Source: a virus. From it: DNA of 64,000 bases. A model generated the notes under the pieces. The model saw nothing but the letters and a program-made list of their open reading frames with translations, made no database searches and was not told the DNA's origin. Below are positions 8,947-17,796 of this stretch, one piece after another (the stretch's first letter is position 1; each line of letters opens with the position of its first letter). The translations under genes and the position numbers were made by a program. The DNA lies in IMG/VR virus record IMGVR_UViG_3300045988_010351. One strand, written 5' to 3'.

Positions 8947-10076
8947 ATGAAGGAACAACCCCACAAGGAGCAGCTGAAGCTTATAATTCCCTTATGGAAA
9001 GTACCAATGAGGATAATATTCGTGAATATAATGAGGTGGGATATGCCGATCTTAGTACACTCAATACTGTCCTTAATAGTATTAGAATGGGCCTCATTAC
9101 CTCTCTTAACATTATTAGTTTGAATGGTGTACCTAATACCTATAAAGTTGCATATTGTAGCACTAGTAATACAACAGGTAGAATCTTTATCAATGAACAT
9201 TTCAAAAGTTTAGTTGAAGAAACTTGGGCTATAAGGACGGGTAACTCTGTAGAAGATGGTAGTGACAGCATTGGCTTTGAACTTTCAGAGGAGGAGCAAG
9301 CTATCCTTGACCAAGCTGTAGAAGATGCACATCAAGAAATACCTACAAACTCTGCAACTTTGCTTGTGGATGAAGCTACAAGTAGGTTTAGTTCTGCCAT
9401 TTGGTATGAGAACATTCAGAAGAAGACTATTATTTTGGCAGGTGTAGGTGGTATTGGTAGCTATGTAGGCTTCTTATTGGCAAGAATGAAGCCAGCTTCT
9501 ATGTTTATTTATGATAATGACATAGTGGAAACTGTCAATATGTCAGGTCAGTTATATGGTCAGTCTGATTTAGGTAGACTTAAGGTATCTGCACTGGCTG
9601 AGATGATTAGGAACTATGCTGGCTATAGTAGTATCTTTGCAATAAGTGAAAGATTCACTGATGAATCTGAGGCATCAGACATTATGATTTGTGGCTTTGA
9701 TAACATGGCAGCAAGAAAACTCTTCTTTAATAAGTGGTTGAGTCATGTTCAATCCAAACCAGAGGAGGAGAGAAAGAATTGCTTGTTTATTGATGGTAGA
9801 TTAGCAGCAGAAGAATTTCAGGTATTGTGCATCAAGGGAGATGATGAGTACAACATCAATAGGTACAATAATGAGTTCCTATTCTCTGATGCAGAAGCTG
9901 ATGAAACTATTTGCTCCTATAAACAAACTACCTTCTGTGCAAATATGATTGCATCCTATATGGTCAATCTGTTTGTAAACTTCTGTGCTAATCAGTGTGA
10001 GCCTCTCATTGACAGAGACCTGCCATTCCTTACCACATATAATGCGGAAACAATGTATCTCAAAACTGAAGTATAA
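8943..10076 (+). CDS. E1-like adenylyltransferase (ThiF/MoeB/HesA fold) with about 150 aa N-terminal extension
   Basis: Rossmann motif ILAGVGGIGSYVGFLLA (GxGxxG, 9436-9465). This is followed by IYDNDIVETVNMSGQLY (the D.D.V..SN..RQ element of E1/MoeB), then GRLKVSALAEMI, then DIMICGFDNMAARKLFFNKW, then IDGRLAAEEFQVLCI. All are in MoeB/E1 order and spacing. The N-terminal extension contains a Cys in KVAYCSTSN. Confidence 0.7.
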   Translation: MNEGTTPQGAAEAYNSLMESTNEDNIREYNEVGYADLSTLNTVLNSIRMGLITSLNIISLNGVPNTYKVAYCSTSNTTGRIFINEHFKSLVEETWAIRTGNSVEDGSDSIGFELSEEEQAILDQAVEDAHQEIPTNSATLLVDEATSRFSSAIWYENIQKKTIILAGVGGIGSYVGFLLARMKPASMFIYDNDIVETVNMSGQLYGQSDLGRLKVSALAEMIRNYAGYSSIFAISERFTDESEASDIMICGFDNMAARKLFFNKWLSHVQSKPEEERKNCLFIDGRLAAEEFQVLCIKGDDEYNINRYNNEFLFSDAEADETICSYKQTTFCANMIASYMVNLFVNFCANQCEPLIDRDLPFLTTYNAETMYLKTEV

Positions 10077-10840
10077 TGGAATTTAACCCAAGATTTGCAC
10101 GTAATGTAAGGAGTGTTTTCATTAGCAGTGATTCTGCTGGCCCAAGCCAGCTTGAAATGAATCTATCTCTTGATAGTAACAATGTATTTAGGAGAAGTCT
10201 TATCATTGAAGTAAATGATGATGAGGTAGAGATTCCTGTGATTGCAAGAGGATACTTGGAGAGCTTAGTGTTAGAGAGGATACATTATCCATCATCTATA
10301 GGAACTAAGAGGATAATACTGCCATTGTATGATAATGCACCAAGTCAGGAGAGAAGAACCTTTGATAGTATTATAACTCAATTATTTACTAATGTAAGAT
10401 ATAGTAAAAGATTGCAGAAGATAACTACCAGCAAAGGTGAAGTGTATTATGGAGGCAAAGGTATTATCTTTGATGAAAGCTATGCTCCATTGCTGTTATG
10501 TACACTAACTGCAAGAAAGGTACATACAGAAGAAGGTGACGATAATATGGTCTATTATAGACCTGTATGCCATGTTAGTCCTAAAGTATTCTTAGAGTCT
10601 GACAAGTTGATTAACAAAGGTATTATTAAGAAACTTATTCCTTTCTATACAAGTAGAGAAGTAAGTCTTCCTGATTACAACTTTGGTGCCAACCCAGAGA
10701 GTAAAAAGGTAAAAGTTGTAGTAGATAATTTTGATAAGTTCTTTATAGAACCTATTAAACCTACTCCATCTGCCACTACTAATGATGCACTGAATGAATG
10801 CCTTATTGACAATATGGATGACATAATGATGTTGATATGA
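10076..10840 (+). CDS. hypothetical protein (254 aa)
   Basis: ORF, start overlaps the E1-like stop. Contains an internal YYGG. No assignable motif. Confidence 0.45.
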   Translation: MEFNPRFARNVRSVFISSDSAGPSQLEMNLSLDSNNVFRRSLIIEVNDDEVEIPVIARGYLESLVLERIHYPSSIGTKRIILPLYDNAPSQERRTFDSIITQLFTNVRYSKRLQKITTSKGEVYYGGKGIIFDESYAPLLLCTLTARKVHTEEGDDNMVYYRPVCHVSPKVFLESDKLINKGIIKKLIPFYTSREVSLPDYNFGANPESKKVKVVVDNFDKFFIEPIKPTPSATTNDALNECLIDNMDDIMMLI

Positions 10841-11514
10841 CATTAGATGAATACTTTGGAGATTGGATGAAAGTAATTGATAGGGCAGAGCTAAACAATG
10901 TAATGACTAAGGTTGGACAAGAATATAGGAGGAAGCCTCTATGTCCTGCCCAACCTGATGTATTCAGAGCATTTGAGCTTTGTCCTCTCAAGGACTTAAA
11001 AGTAGTTATGTTAGGTCAAGACCCCTATCCACAAAAGGGAGTTGCAACTGGCATACTATTTGGAAATAGGGCTGATGTGCAAGAGAAAAATTTATCTCCA
11101 TCTCTACAAATTGTTAAAGAGGCAGCTATAAATTTTGAAATTCCAAAAAATAGTTGTATCTTTGACCCCACTTTAGAAAGTTGGGCTAAACAGGGAATAT
11201 TAATGTTAAACTCTGCACTCACAGTAGAAATGAATAAAGCTGGTTCTCATGTAATGTTATGGAGGCCGTTTATAGCTGCTTTATTAAAACACTTATCAAA
11301 ATATGAAACTGGCATTATTTATGTTCTATTTGGGAGGCAGGCTCAGACATTCAAGCCCTACATTAACAAACAATTCAATGACATTCTTGAAATTGAGCAT
11401 CCAGCATACTATGCAAGACTTAATAAGAGGATGCCATCTGAACTGTTTGCTACTATAAGTAATATGTGTAAAGATAAATATGGGGTACCAATTAAATGGT
11501 ACCAAGAGTATTAA
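10837..11514 (+). CDS. ung: uracil-DNA glycosylase, family 1 (UNG)
   Basis: VVMLGQDPYPQKG matches the UNG water-activating loop GQDPYH. SPSLQIVKEAA matches the UNG PPSLxNIxKEL region. C-terminal EHPAYYA matches the region of the HPSPLS motif. Confidence 0.7.
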   Translation: MTLDEYFGDWMKVIDRAELNNVMTKVGQEYRRKPLCPAQPDVFRAFELCPLKDLKVVMLGQDPYPQKGVATGILFGNRADVQEKNLSPSLQIVKEAAINFEIPKNSCIFDPTLESWAKQGILMLNSALTVEMNKAGSHVMLWRPFIAALLKHLSKYETGIIYVLFGRQAQTFKPYINKQFNDILEIEHPAYYARLNKRMPSELFATISNMCKDKYGVPIKWYQEY

Positions 11515-11538
11515 ACAATAAAAACAAAAACAAAAGAC

Positions 11539-12105
11539 ATGGAAAAATTTTATTTGAAAAACGGAAAAGAAGTACAGATTGGAGACACTATTGTCAAGGT
11601 ATTTAAGATTAAACACCCTCTGTTTGGCAAAGGTCCTGTGATAGAAAGTACACTGGTTACCGAGGCAGCTTTGCCTAAACTGATTAGAGCAGGTATTATT
11701 ACTGTCTCACCTGGTTCTGACTTTGATATAGATAAAGTGCTTAAACCTACTGAAATACCTATGGATCTTAATTACTATATTGAAAAGTTGGCAGAAAGGC
11801 TTGGCTGGAAGGTAGAAAAGGTATATAATTATCTCAATACCATTGACAGTGTTTATCCTGCTGCTGCATTCTCTATGGTACTTAGAGAAGTAGCCATTGA
11901 ATTGGACAAAAAGTATAAGGACCATATTGAGAAGAGTCCTGAAATATATGTAATTTCTATGTTTGATGGAAGGATTACCAAGGCTAATAAAGCACACATC
12001 AAGAACTATAGGAATTTTGCAGCATTTAGGACTGTTGAAGATGCCAAGACTGCTTGCAGCATTGTAAGAGACATACTCAAGGAATTGTTTAAGAATAATG
12101 GTTAA
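11539..12105 (+). CDS. hypothetical protein (188 aa)
   Basis: ORF only. Confidence 0.45.
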   Translation: MEKFYLKNGKEVQIGDTIVKVFKIKHPLFGKGPVIESTLVTEAALPKLIRAGIITVSPGSDFDIDKVLKPTEIPMDLNYYIEKLAERLGWKVEKVYNYLNTIDSVYPAAAFSMVLREVAIELDKKYKDHIEKSPEIYVISMFDGRITKANKAHIKNYRNFAAFRTVEDAKTACSIVRDILKELFKNNG

Positions 12106-12613
12106 TAAGAAAATTAGAAATGCTACTATCTGTAAAGGTAGTAGCATTACTTTTAAGTCTCAACTAGAAAAAACTATTTATAATACTTTAGTAGAACAAG
12201 GATTTATTCCTGAGTATGAGCCTAAGAGGATTGTATTATTGAATTTTGAGCCTTGTACTGTCCCTTTTTATGATAAGGAGACTGACACTCAATATAAGAA
12301 GAGGATTGATGAAGGTGGAAAACCTCCAAAACTTCTTAATCTTAAAAGTAACACAATGCTTCCAATTACATATACTCCAGATTTTTACATCCGACATAAT
12401 AATGTAGATGTTTGGATAGAGGCTAAAGGAATGGAAAATGATGTGTACTATCTAAAGAAAAAGCTGTTTAGGAGGTATTTAGAAGAACAATCTAAGCAAG
12501 GTGTAAAAAGTATTTTCTTTGAGATTTATAGTAAGAAACAATTGTTACAAGCTATAGAAATATTCAAACAATATGCAGAAGAATGTAATACAAGAACTGA
12601 TAAAGGAAGCTAA
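12098..12613 (+). CDS. T7 endonuclease I-like Holliday-junction resolvase (PD-(D/E)xK)
   Basis: YTPDFYIRHNNVDVWIEAKGMENDVYYLKKKLF parallels the T7 endonuclease I catalytic segment YTPDF...VETKG...DDRKKHLL. Confidence 0.55.
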   Translation: MVNKKIRNATICKGSSITFKSQLEKTIYNTLVEQGFIPEYEPKRIVLLNFEPCTVPFYDKETDTQYKKRIDEGGKPPKLLNLKSNTMLPITYTPDFYIRHNNVDVWIEAKGMENDVYYLKKKLFRRYLEEQSKQGVKSIFFEIYSKKQLLQAIEIFKQYAEECNTRTDKGS

Positions 12614-12770
12614 TAAAAGTCCTACACTTGAGTATAGTGATAATATTTTAATTTTCAAGGATAATCTCAAAGATACTATAAAGGCAGTTAAGAGAAGGCT
12701 TGGTATCTTGCAAACTTTGGAAATGGAGATAGACTATGAATTAACTATAAGTCATGTAGAAGATGAATAG
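12573..12770 (+). CDS. small hypothetical protein (65 aa), overlapping neighbours
   Basis: ORF overlaps the end of the resolvase gene and the start of the nuclease gene. Uncertain. Confidence 0.2.
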   Translation: MQKNVIQELIKEANKSPTLEYSDNILIFKDNLKDTIKAVKRRLGILQTLEMEIDYELTISHVEDE

Positions 12771-13812
12771 AAAAAGCTTAAAGGATATATCTTGGGATGT
12801 ATCTGAAGAAACATATAGGGCAGACCCAGCACTAAGTTATTCAACTCTTGCAAGATATGAGAGAGAAGGATTCAATAACTTGGATAAATTATTTGACAGG
12901 ATAGAAACACCCTCTCTTACTTTTGGTAGTGCTGTAGACAGTATTATCACAGGTGGTCAAAAAGAGTTTGATGAAAGATTTATGGTTGCTGAATTTCCTT
13001 CTACTCCAGACTCTATTACAAAGATAGTAAAATCTTTGTTCAGTCAGTATGGAGATTCTTATAGGAGTCTTATTACAATTCCTGATGATGCAATCATTAA
13101 GGAGACTGAATGTCAGAGTTATCAAATGAACTGGAAGCCTGAGACAAGGGCTAAGGTTATCAAGGAGAAAGGTGCTGACTATTATAACCTATTATTCATA
13201 GCAGGCAGTAGGACTATACTTGATACTCAGACCTATCAAGATGTGTGCAATGCAGTAAGAGCATTGAAAGAAAGCAAATCCACTCAGTTCTACTTTGCAG
13301 AGGATAACCCATTTGAACCAGATATTGAAAGATTATATCAGCTGAAGTTCAAAGGAGAGTTTCGTGGTATAACCTACAGAAATATGGCTGACTTAATTAT
13401 AGTCAATCATAAAGAGAAGTGGGTAAAGCCAGTAGATTTGAAAACAAGTTCTCATACAGAGTGGGATTTCTATAAATCCCTTGTAGATTGGAGATATGAT
13501 ATTCAAGCCAGACTGTATTGGGCTATTATAAGGCAGAATATGGATAAGGATGAGTATTTCAAAGACTTCAAGCTGCTTGACTATGATTTTATTGTGGTCA
13601 ATAAGAGGACTTTAACCCCTCTTGTATGGTATTGCCCCTTTACAAGAGCACAAGGTACATTGAAGTTTGGAAAGAATGACCAAATAGAAATGAGAAGTCC
13701 TTTTGTAATAGGAGAAGAACTTAACTCTTATCTCACTTCAAGACCTAAAGTGCCTATGGGAATTTCAGATACAGGAGTAAATGATTTGAGAGAATGGCTA
13801 AATACTTTATGA
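12763..13812 (+). CDS. PD-(D/E)xK nuclease of the RecB/Cas4/YqaJ-like family (putative recombination exonuclease)
   Basis: GITYRNMADLIIVNHKEKWVKPVDLKTSS...DIQARLYWAI carries the D...(D/E)xK...QxxxY motif set of RecB-family nucleases. Confidence 0.55.
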   Translation: MNRKSLKDISWDVSEETYRADPALSYSTLARYEREGFNNLDKLFDRIETPSLTFGSAVDSIITGGQKEFDERFMVAEFPSTPDSITKIVKSLFSQYGDSYRSLITIPDDAIIKETECQSYQMNWKPETRAKVIKEKGADYYNLLFIAGSRTILDTQTYQDVCNAVRALKESKSTQFYFAEDNPFEPDIERLYQLKFKGEFRGITYRNMADLIIVNHKEKWVKPVDLKTSSHTEWDFYKSLVDWRYDIQARLYWAIIRQNMDKDEYFKDFKLLDYDFIVVNKRTLTPLVWYCPFTRAQGTLKFGKNDQIEMRSPFVIGEELNSYLTSRPKVPMGISDTGVNDLREWLNTL

Positions 13813-13813
13813 T

Positions 13814-16027
13814 ATGCAAGTAATAAAAAGAGACAGAAGCAAAGAAGAATTTGACATCAGTAAGATTAACAGGGCTGTAAAGAAAGCCTTTGAGTCTTGT
13901 AATAAGAAGATGCCTCAATATCTTGGGGATATGATTTATGCCCTATTTAGTACCTTGGAAGGAGATACAATAGGTATTGAAGAAATCCAAAATAAAGTTG
14001 AGGATATACTTATGAATGAGAAGCACTTTGATGTAGCAAAGGCTTATATTATCTATAGAAATAAGCATGAGGAGTCTAGGTTCATTAGAGAAAGGATTGA
14101 TTATATGTCTAACTATGCAGATTCTGATGATAATGCTGCTAGTTCTTCAGAGACTGACCCTAATGCTAATGTAACTCAGAAGAATGTTGCCAATCTTGAT
14201 GGAGAAGTTTATAAGACAAAGAATAGAATTATTCAGAGACAGAGGATGAAGGATGAACTTAATATTCTTTATCCAGAGGTAGCAAAGCAGTATGAAGTAG
14301 ATGTTGAGAATCATATAATCTATCCTCATGATGAAGCTAGTGTACCTACTCTAAAGTTCTATTGTCAAGCAGATACTCTTTATCCACTTATGACAGAAGG
14401 TGTAGGTAATATTGATGGTGTAACACCAGGCCCTCCTAATGATTTACAATCATTTAGTGGACAGATAACTAATCTCACCTTCTTGCTTTCTTCTCAATGT
14501 AAAGGTGCAGTAGCCTTTGGAGAATACTTCATTGCTCTAAACTATTACATCATTGCAGAGTTTGGAGATAAGTGGTATGAGAATCTTGATTGTGTTGTAA
14601 CAAATTCTCATTGTAAGGTTCAAAGGACAGTCAGAGATTTCATAGAGAAAGCTTTCAAACAGTTTATCTATGGTATTAATCAACCAGCAGGAAACAGGAG
14701 CTACCAAAGCCCATTTACAAATGTATCTTATTATGACCATACATACTTTAGTTCATTGTTTGGAGAGTTTTACTACCCTGATGGAACTAAGCCTGAATGG
14801 GCTGCAATTAATGTTCTTCAGAAGATGTTTATGAAGTTCTTCAATAAACTTAGAACTAAGCAGATTTTAACCTTCCCTGTTGAAACATTAGCAATGGTAC
14901 ATGATGGCAAAGATATTATAGATAAGGAATATAAGGACTTCTGTGCAGAAATGTATGCAGAAGGACACTCATTCTTTACCTATATTTCAGATAGTGCTGA
15001 TAGTCTTGCATCATGTTGTAGATTGAGAAATGAGTTTACAGAGAATACATTTAATCCTACATCAGGTCTTACTGGTGTTATGACTGGTAGCTGTCATGTT
15101 ATCACTCTTAATATCAATAGGATTGTGCAAGATTGGTTCAAAGGAGAGTGCATAGATGGATTCAGTACTAGGTTTATTGGGAGTTCTACAGATTCTATAG
15201 TCGGAATCAAGACTATGAATAGAAGAATAGATTATACTGGCTTTGAAGAGTATCTTACAAATATCCTTGAAAGAGTCTACAAGTATCATATTGCTTATAA
15301 GACTATGCTCTATGAGCAAGAAGAGAAAGGTATGTTTGCAGCTTGTAATGGTGGCTATATACACATGAACAAGTTGTATAGTACCATTGGTATTAATGGC
15401 TTGAATGAGGCAGCTAAGTTCTTAGGTATGACTGTTAGTAACAATAAGGAGTATATTGAGTTCTTGCAGTTGGTTCTTGGTACTATTAAGGAAGCAAATA
15501 AAAAGCACTCTATCCATGACAAGAAGAGACCTTTCTTGTTTAATTCTGAGGTAGTTCCTGCTGAATCTCTTGGTGGTAAGAATTATAGATGGGATAAAAA
15601 GGATGGTTATTGGGTTCCTGAAGATGAAAATCTTTATAACTCATATTTCTTTGATGCCCATGATGATACTTCAGTACTAGATAAGATGATTCTGCATGGA
15701 AGGCAGACAGCACAATATTGTGATGGAGGCTCAGCCTGTCATATTAATCTTGTAGACCATCTTAGTAAGGAGCAATACCTCAAGTTGATAGACTTTGCTG
15801 TAGCTAATGGAACCAACTACTTCACATTTAATATTCCTAATAGCAAGTGTGATGATTGTGGTTACATTACTAAGCATCCTATTACTGAATGCCCAAAGTG
15901 TCATAGTAAGAATATCACCCAATACACAAGAGTGATTGGTTATCTTAGACCTATTAAGGCTTTTGGCAAAGATAGACAAATAGAGGCAATTAAAAGAGTT
16001 TATAGTAAAGATGTTGAAGTATGTTGA
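13814..16027 (+). CDS. nrdD: anaerobic ribonucleoside-triphosphate reductase, class III (NrdD) with N-terminal ATP-cone
   Basis: N-terminal ATP-cone (MQVIKRDRSKEEFDISKINRAVKKAFE). C-terminal Zn ribbon CDDCGY...CPKCHS followed by the glycyl-radical region TRVIGYLRPIKAFGKDRQIEAIKRV. Length 737 aa. Confidence 0.85.
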   Translation: MQVIKRDRSKEEFDISKINRAVKKAFESCNKKMPQYLGDMIYALFSTLEGDTIGIEEIQNKVEDILMNEKHFDVAKAYIIYRNKHEESRFIRERIDYMSNYADSDDNAASSSETDPNANVTQKNVANLDGEVYKTKNRIIQRQRMKDELNILYPEVAKQYEVDVENHIIYPHDEASVPTLKFYCQADTLYPLMTEGVGNIDGVTPGPPNDLQSFSGQITNLTFLLSSQCKGAVAFGEYFIALNYYIIAEFGDKWYENLDCVVTNSHCKVQRTVRDFIEKAFKQFIYGINQPAGNRSYQSPFTNVSYYDHTYFSSLFGEFYYPDGTKPEWAAINVLQKMFMKFFNKLRTKQILTFPVETLAMVHDGKDIIDKEYKDFCAEMYAEGHSFFTYISDSADSLASCCRLRNEFTENTFNPTSGLTGVMTGSCHVITLNINRIVQDWFKGECIDGFSTRFIGSSTDSIVGIKTMNRRIDYTGFEEYLTNILERVYKYHIAYKTMLYEQEEKGMFAACNGGYIHMNKLYSTIGINGLNEAAKFLGMTVSNNKEYIEFLQLVLGTIKEANKKHSIHDKKRPFLFNSEVVPAESLGGKNYRWDKKDGYWVPEDENLYNSYFFDAHDDTSVLDKMILHGRQTAQYCDGGSACHINLVDHLSKEQYLKLIDFAVANGTNYFTFNIPNSKCDDCGYITKHPITECPKCHSKNITQYTRVIGYLRPIKAFGKDRQIEAIKRVYSKDVEVC

Positions 16028-16484
16028 TACTAAGGTAGTCTTTGCGGAGATACCTAATGAAATAACTCTTGCTATCAATATAAGTGGCTGCCCTTGTAAT
16101 TGCAAGGGTTGCCACTCTTCTTATCTAGCAAAGGATATAGGAGAACCCCTTGATTTACAACACTTGACTAATTTGATAGACTCTAATAAAGGTATCTCTT
16201 GTGTATGTATTATGGGAGGTGATGCTAATCCAAGTGAAGTAGATGATATTGCACAGGACATTAAGGAGTACTATCCAGAATTGAAAGTTGGATGGTATAG
16301 TGGCAGGCAAGAGCTTAGTAAGGATATTGAACTTGGTAATTTTGATTACATAAAACTTGGGCCATATATTGAAGAATTTGGCCCACTTAACAGTAAGACT
16401 ACCAACCAAAGATTCTATAAGGTTAGTGATGGAGAGTTGGTAGATATAACAAGTAAATTTTGGAAACATGAAACTGAAAATTAA
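16011..16484 (+). CDS. nrdG: anaerobic RNR activating protein (radical SAM, NrdG)
   Basis: CPCNCKGC (CxxxCxxC) near the N-terminus. 157 aa, the size of NrdG. Overlaps the nrdD stop. Confidence 0.8.
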   Translation: MLKYVDTKVVFAEIPNEITLAINISGCPCNCKGCHSSYLAKDIGEPLDLQHLTNLIDSNKGISCVCIMGGDANPSEVDDIAQDIKEYYPELKVGWYSGRQELSKDIELGNFDYIKLGPYIEEFGPLNSKTTNQRFYKVSDGELVDITSKFWKHETEN

Positions 16485-17007
16485 AGTAAAAGTATTGACT
16501 GGGGGCTGTATGCCCAGTGTTATTGAGAAGGGTGACTGGATTGACCTTATCTGTGCTGAGGATGTAATTCTTAAAGCTCCTCAATCAGGTGTACTTAGAG
16601 AAAAAAAGAATGAACATGGGGTAATTTCTAGAGTAAGAAATGTAGAAGCAGAAGTAACTTATATTCCTCTTGGAGTTGCAATGGAACTGCCCAAGGGATA
16701 TGAGGCTATTGTTCTTCCTAGAAGCAGTACTCCTAAGAGATTTGGAATAATATGTGGTAATTCAATGGGAGTTATTGATAATAGTTATTGTGGTAATGAA
16801 GATGAATGGAAATTCCCTGCTGTAGCTATTAGACCTGCTTCTATTGAGAAAGGTACTAGGATTTGCCAATTCAGAGTACAATTATCCCAAAAAGCCACTG
16901 TATGGCAAAAAATCAAATGGTTGTTTACATCAGGTGTTAAACTTGTAGAGGTAGATGACTTAGGTGATGATAACAGGGGTGGATTTGGAAGCACTGGAGT
17001 AAAGTAA
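16468..17007 (+). CDS. dut: dUTP pyrophosphatase (dUTPase)
   Basis: dUTPase motifs: VLPRSSTPKRFG (motif 2), GVIDNSYCGNEDEW (motif 3), RGGFGSTG (motif 5). Confidence 0.8.
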   Translation: MKLKIKVKVLTGGCMPSVIEKGDWIDLICAEDVILKAPQSGVLREKKNEHGVISRVRNVEAEVTYIPLGVAMELPKGYEAIVLPRSSTPKRFGIICGNSMGVIDNSYCGNEDEWKFPAVAIRPASIEKGTRICQFRVQLSQKATVWQKIKWLFTSGVKLVEVDDLGDDNRGGFGSTGVK

Positions 17008-17029
17008 TAACAAAAAAAAAGCATGAAGC

Positions 17030-17527
17030 ATGGTATTAGAAATAATTGGTATTATGCTTGCAGTAATCATTCTATCTATTATCATTAATGGTGTAGAAGG
17101 TTATTGCAAGCAGAGCAAAAGGGTAAATATGTCTTTCAAAGAGGCTATGGATTTGGTAGAGTTGCCTGTGGTAACATTCTATAATGGAGATAAGAAACTT
17201 AACTTCTTGTTGGACACTGGGAGTAATATCTCCCAAATCAACAGCTCTATTCTTCCTCTTCTTGACCACAAGAAGATAGAGGAAAAAGACATGGATGTAA
17301 CAGGAATTGAAGGTAATAAGGTGAACACTGAGTTCTGTGAAATGACAATCACTTATAAAGGACAAAAGTTTGTAGGTGATTTCTGCATTCATGACTTGGA
17401 TGATGCCTTTGCTATTGTCAAGGAGGAGTCTGGTGTACAGATTCATGGTATTCTTGGTAGCCTGTTCTTCCAAAAGTATAAGTATGTCTTTGACTTTGAA
17501 AGTCTTATTGCTTATTCTAAGAAATAA
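17030..17527 (+). CDS. membrane-anchored retropepsin-like aspartic protease domain protein
   Basis: N-terminal TM helix (LEIIGIMLAVIILSIIING). NFLLDTGSNISQI gives hydrophobic-hydrophobic-D-T-G-S, the clan AA retropepsin signature. C-terminal GILGSLFF resembles the retropepsin hLGxDFL flap/dimer region. An A9 GCATG element lies upstream. Confidence 0.45.
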   Translation: MVLEIIGIMLAVIILSIIINGVEGYCKQSKRVNMSFKEAMDLVELPVVTFYNGDKKLNFLLDTGSNISQINSSILPLLDHKKIEEKDMDVTGIEGNKVNTEFCEMTITYKGQKFVGDFCIHDLDDAFAIVKEESGVQIHGILGSLFFQKYKYVFDFESLIAYSKK

Positions 17528-17796
17528 TGGAAGATATTATAAAACTTAAGTCCAGATATAGAGCTAAGAACTATCTCAAGAAAATGCCTAAACCTGATGG
17601 TACTGATTCTAAAACTTATGTACTTAAAACTGATGTGCCCACATTAAGAGTAGGTGAAGTTCAGGGAGGAAATAAGTTTATTGACCCATCAGGGGGTCCA
17701 ATGATTGTGGTAGGATATGAGCTTGAAGAAGCCAAGGCAGTTGTCAAATCTATAGACTTTGTTGAAGGTTATGGATGGACTATAACATTTGAATGA
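17527..17796 (+). CDS. hypothetical protein (89 aa)
   Basis: ORF only. ATGA coupling with neighbours. Confidence 0.4.
   Translation: MEDIIKLKSRYRAKNYLKKMPKPDGTDSKTYVLKTDVPTLRVGEVQGGNKFIDPSGGPMIVVGYELEEAKAVVKSIDFVEGYGWTITFE

Noticed and set aside
10076-10840. 254 aa ORF as the E2 or Ubl partner of the E1/JAB pair (internal YYGG, several Cys)
   Set aside because: No HPN-type E2 active-site context, and no beta-grasp pattern ending in Gly-Gly at a terminus. The internal GG is followed by about 130 more residues. Insufficient evidence; mentioned only as a candidate to test.
17023-17088. Alternative start at ATG 17023 directly after the A9-GCATG motif (21 aa ORF) instead of ATG 17030
   Set aside because: The 17023 frame terminates after 21 codons, while the 17030 frame gives the 165 aa TM + DTG protein. 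The motif similarity to the primase start is noted, but the long ORF is the plausible gene.
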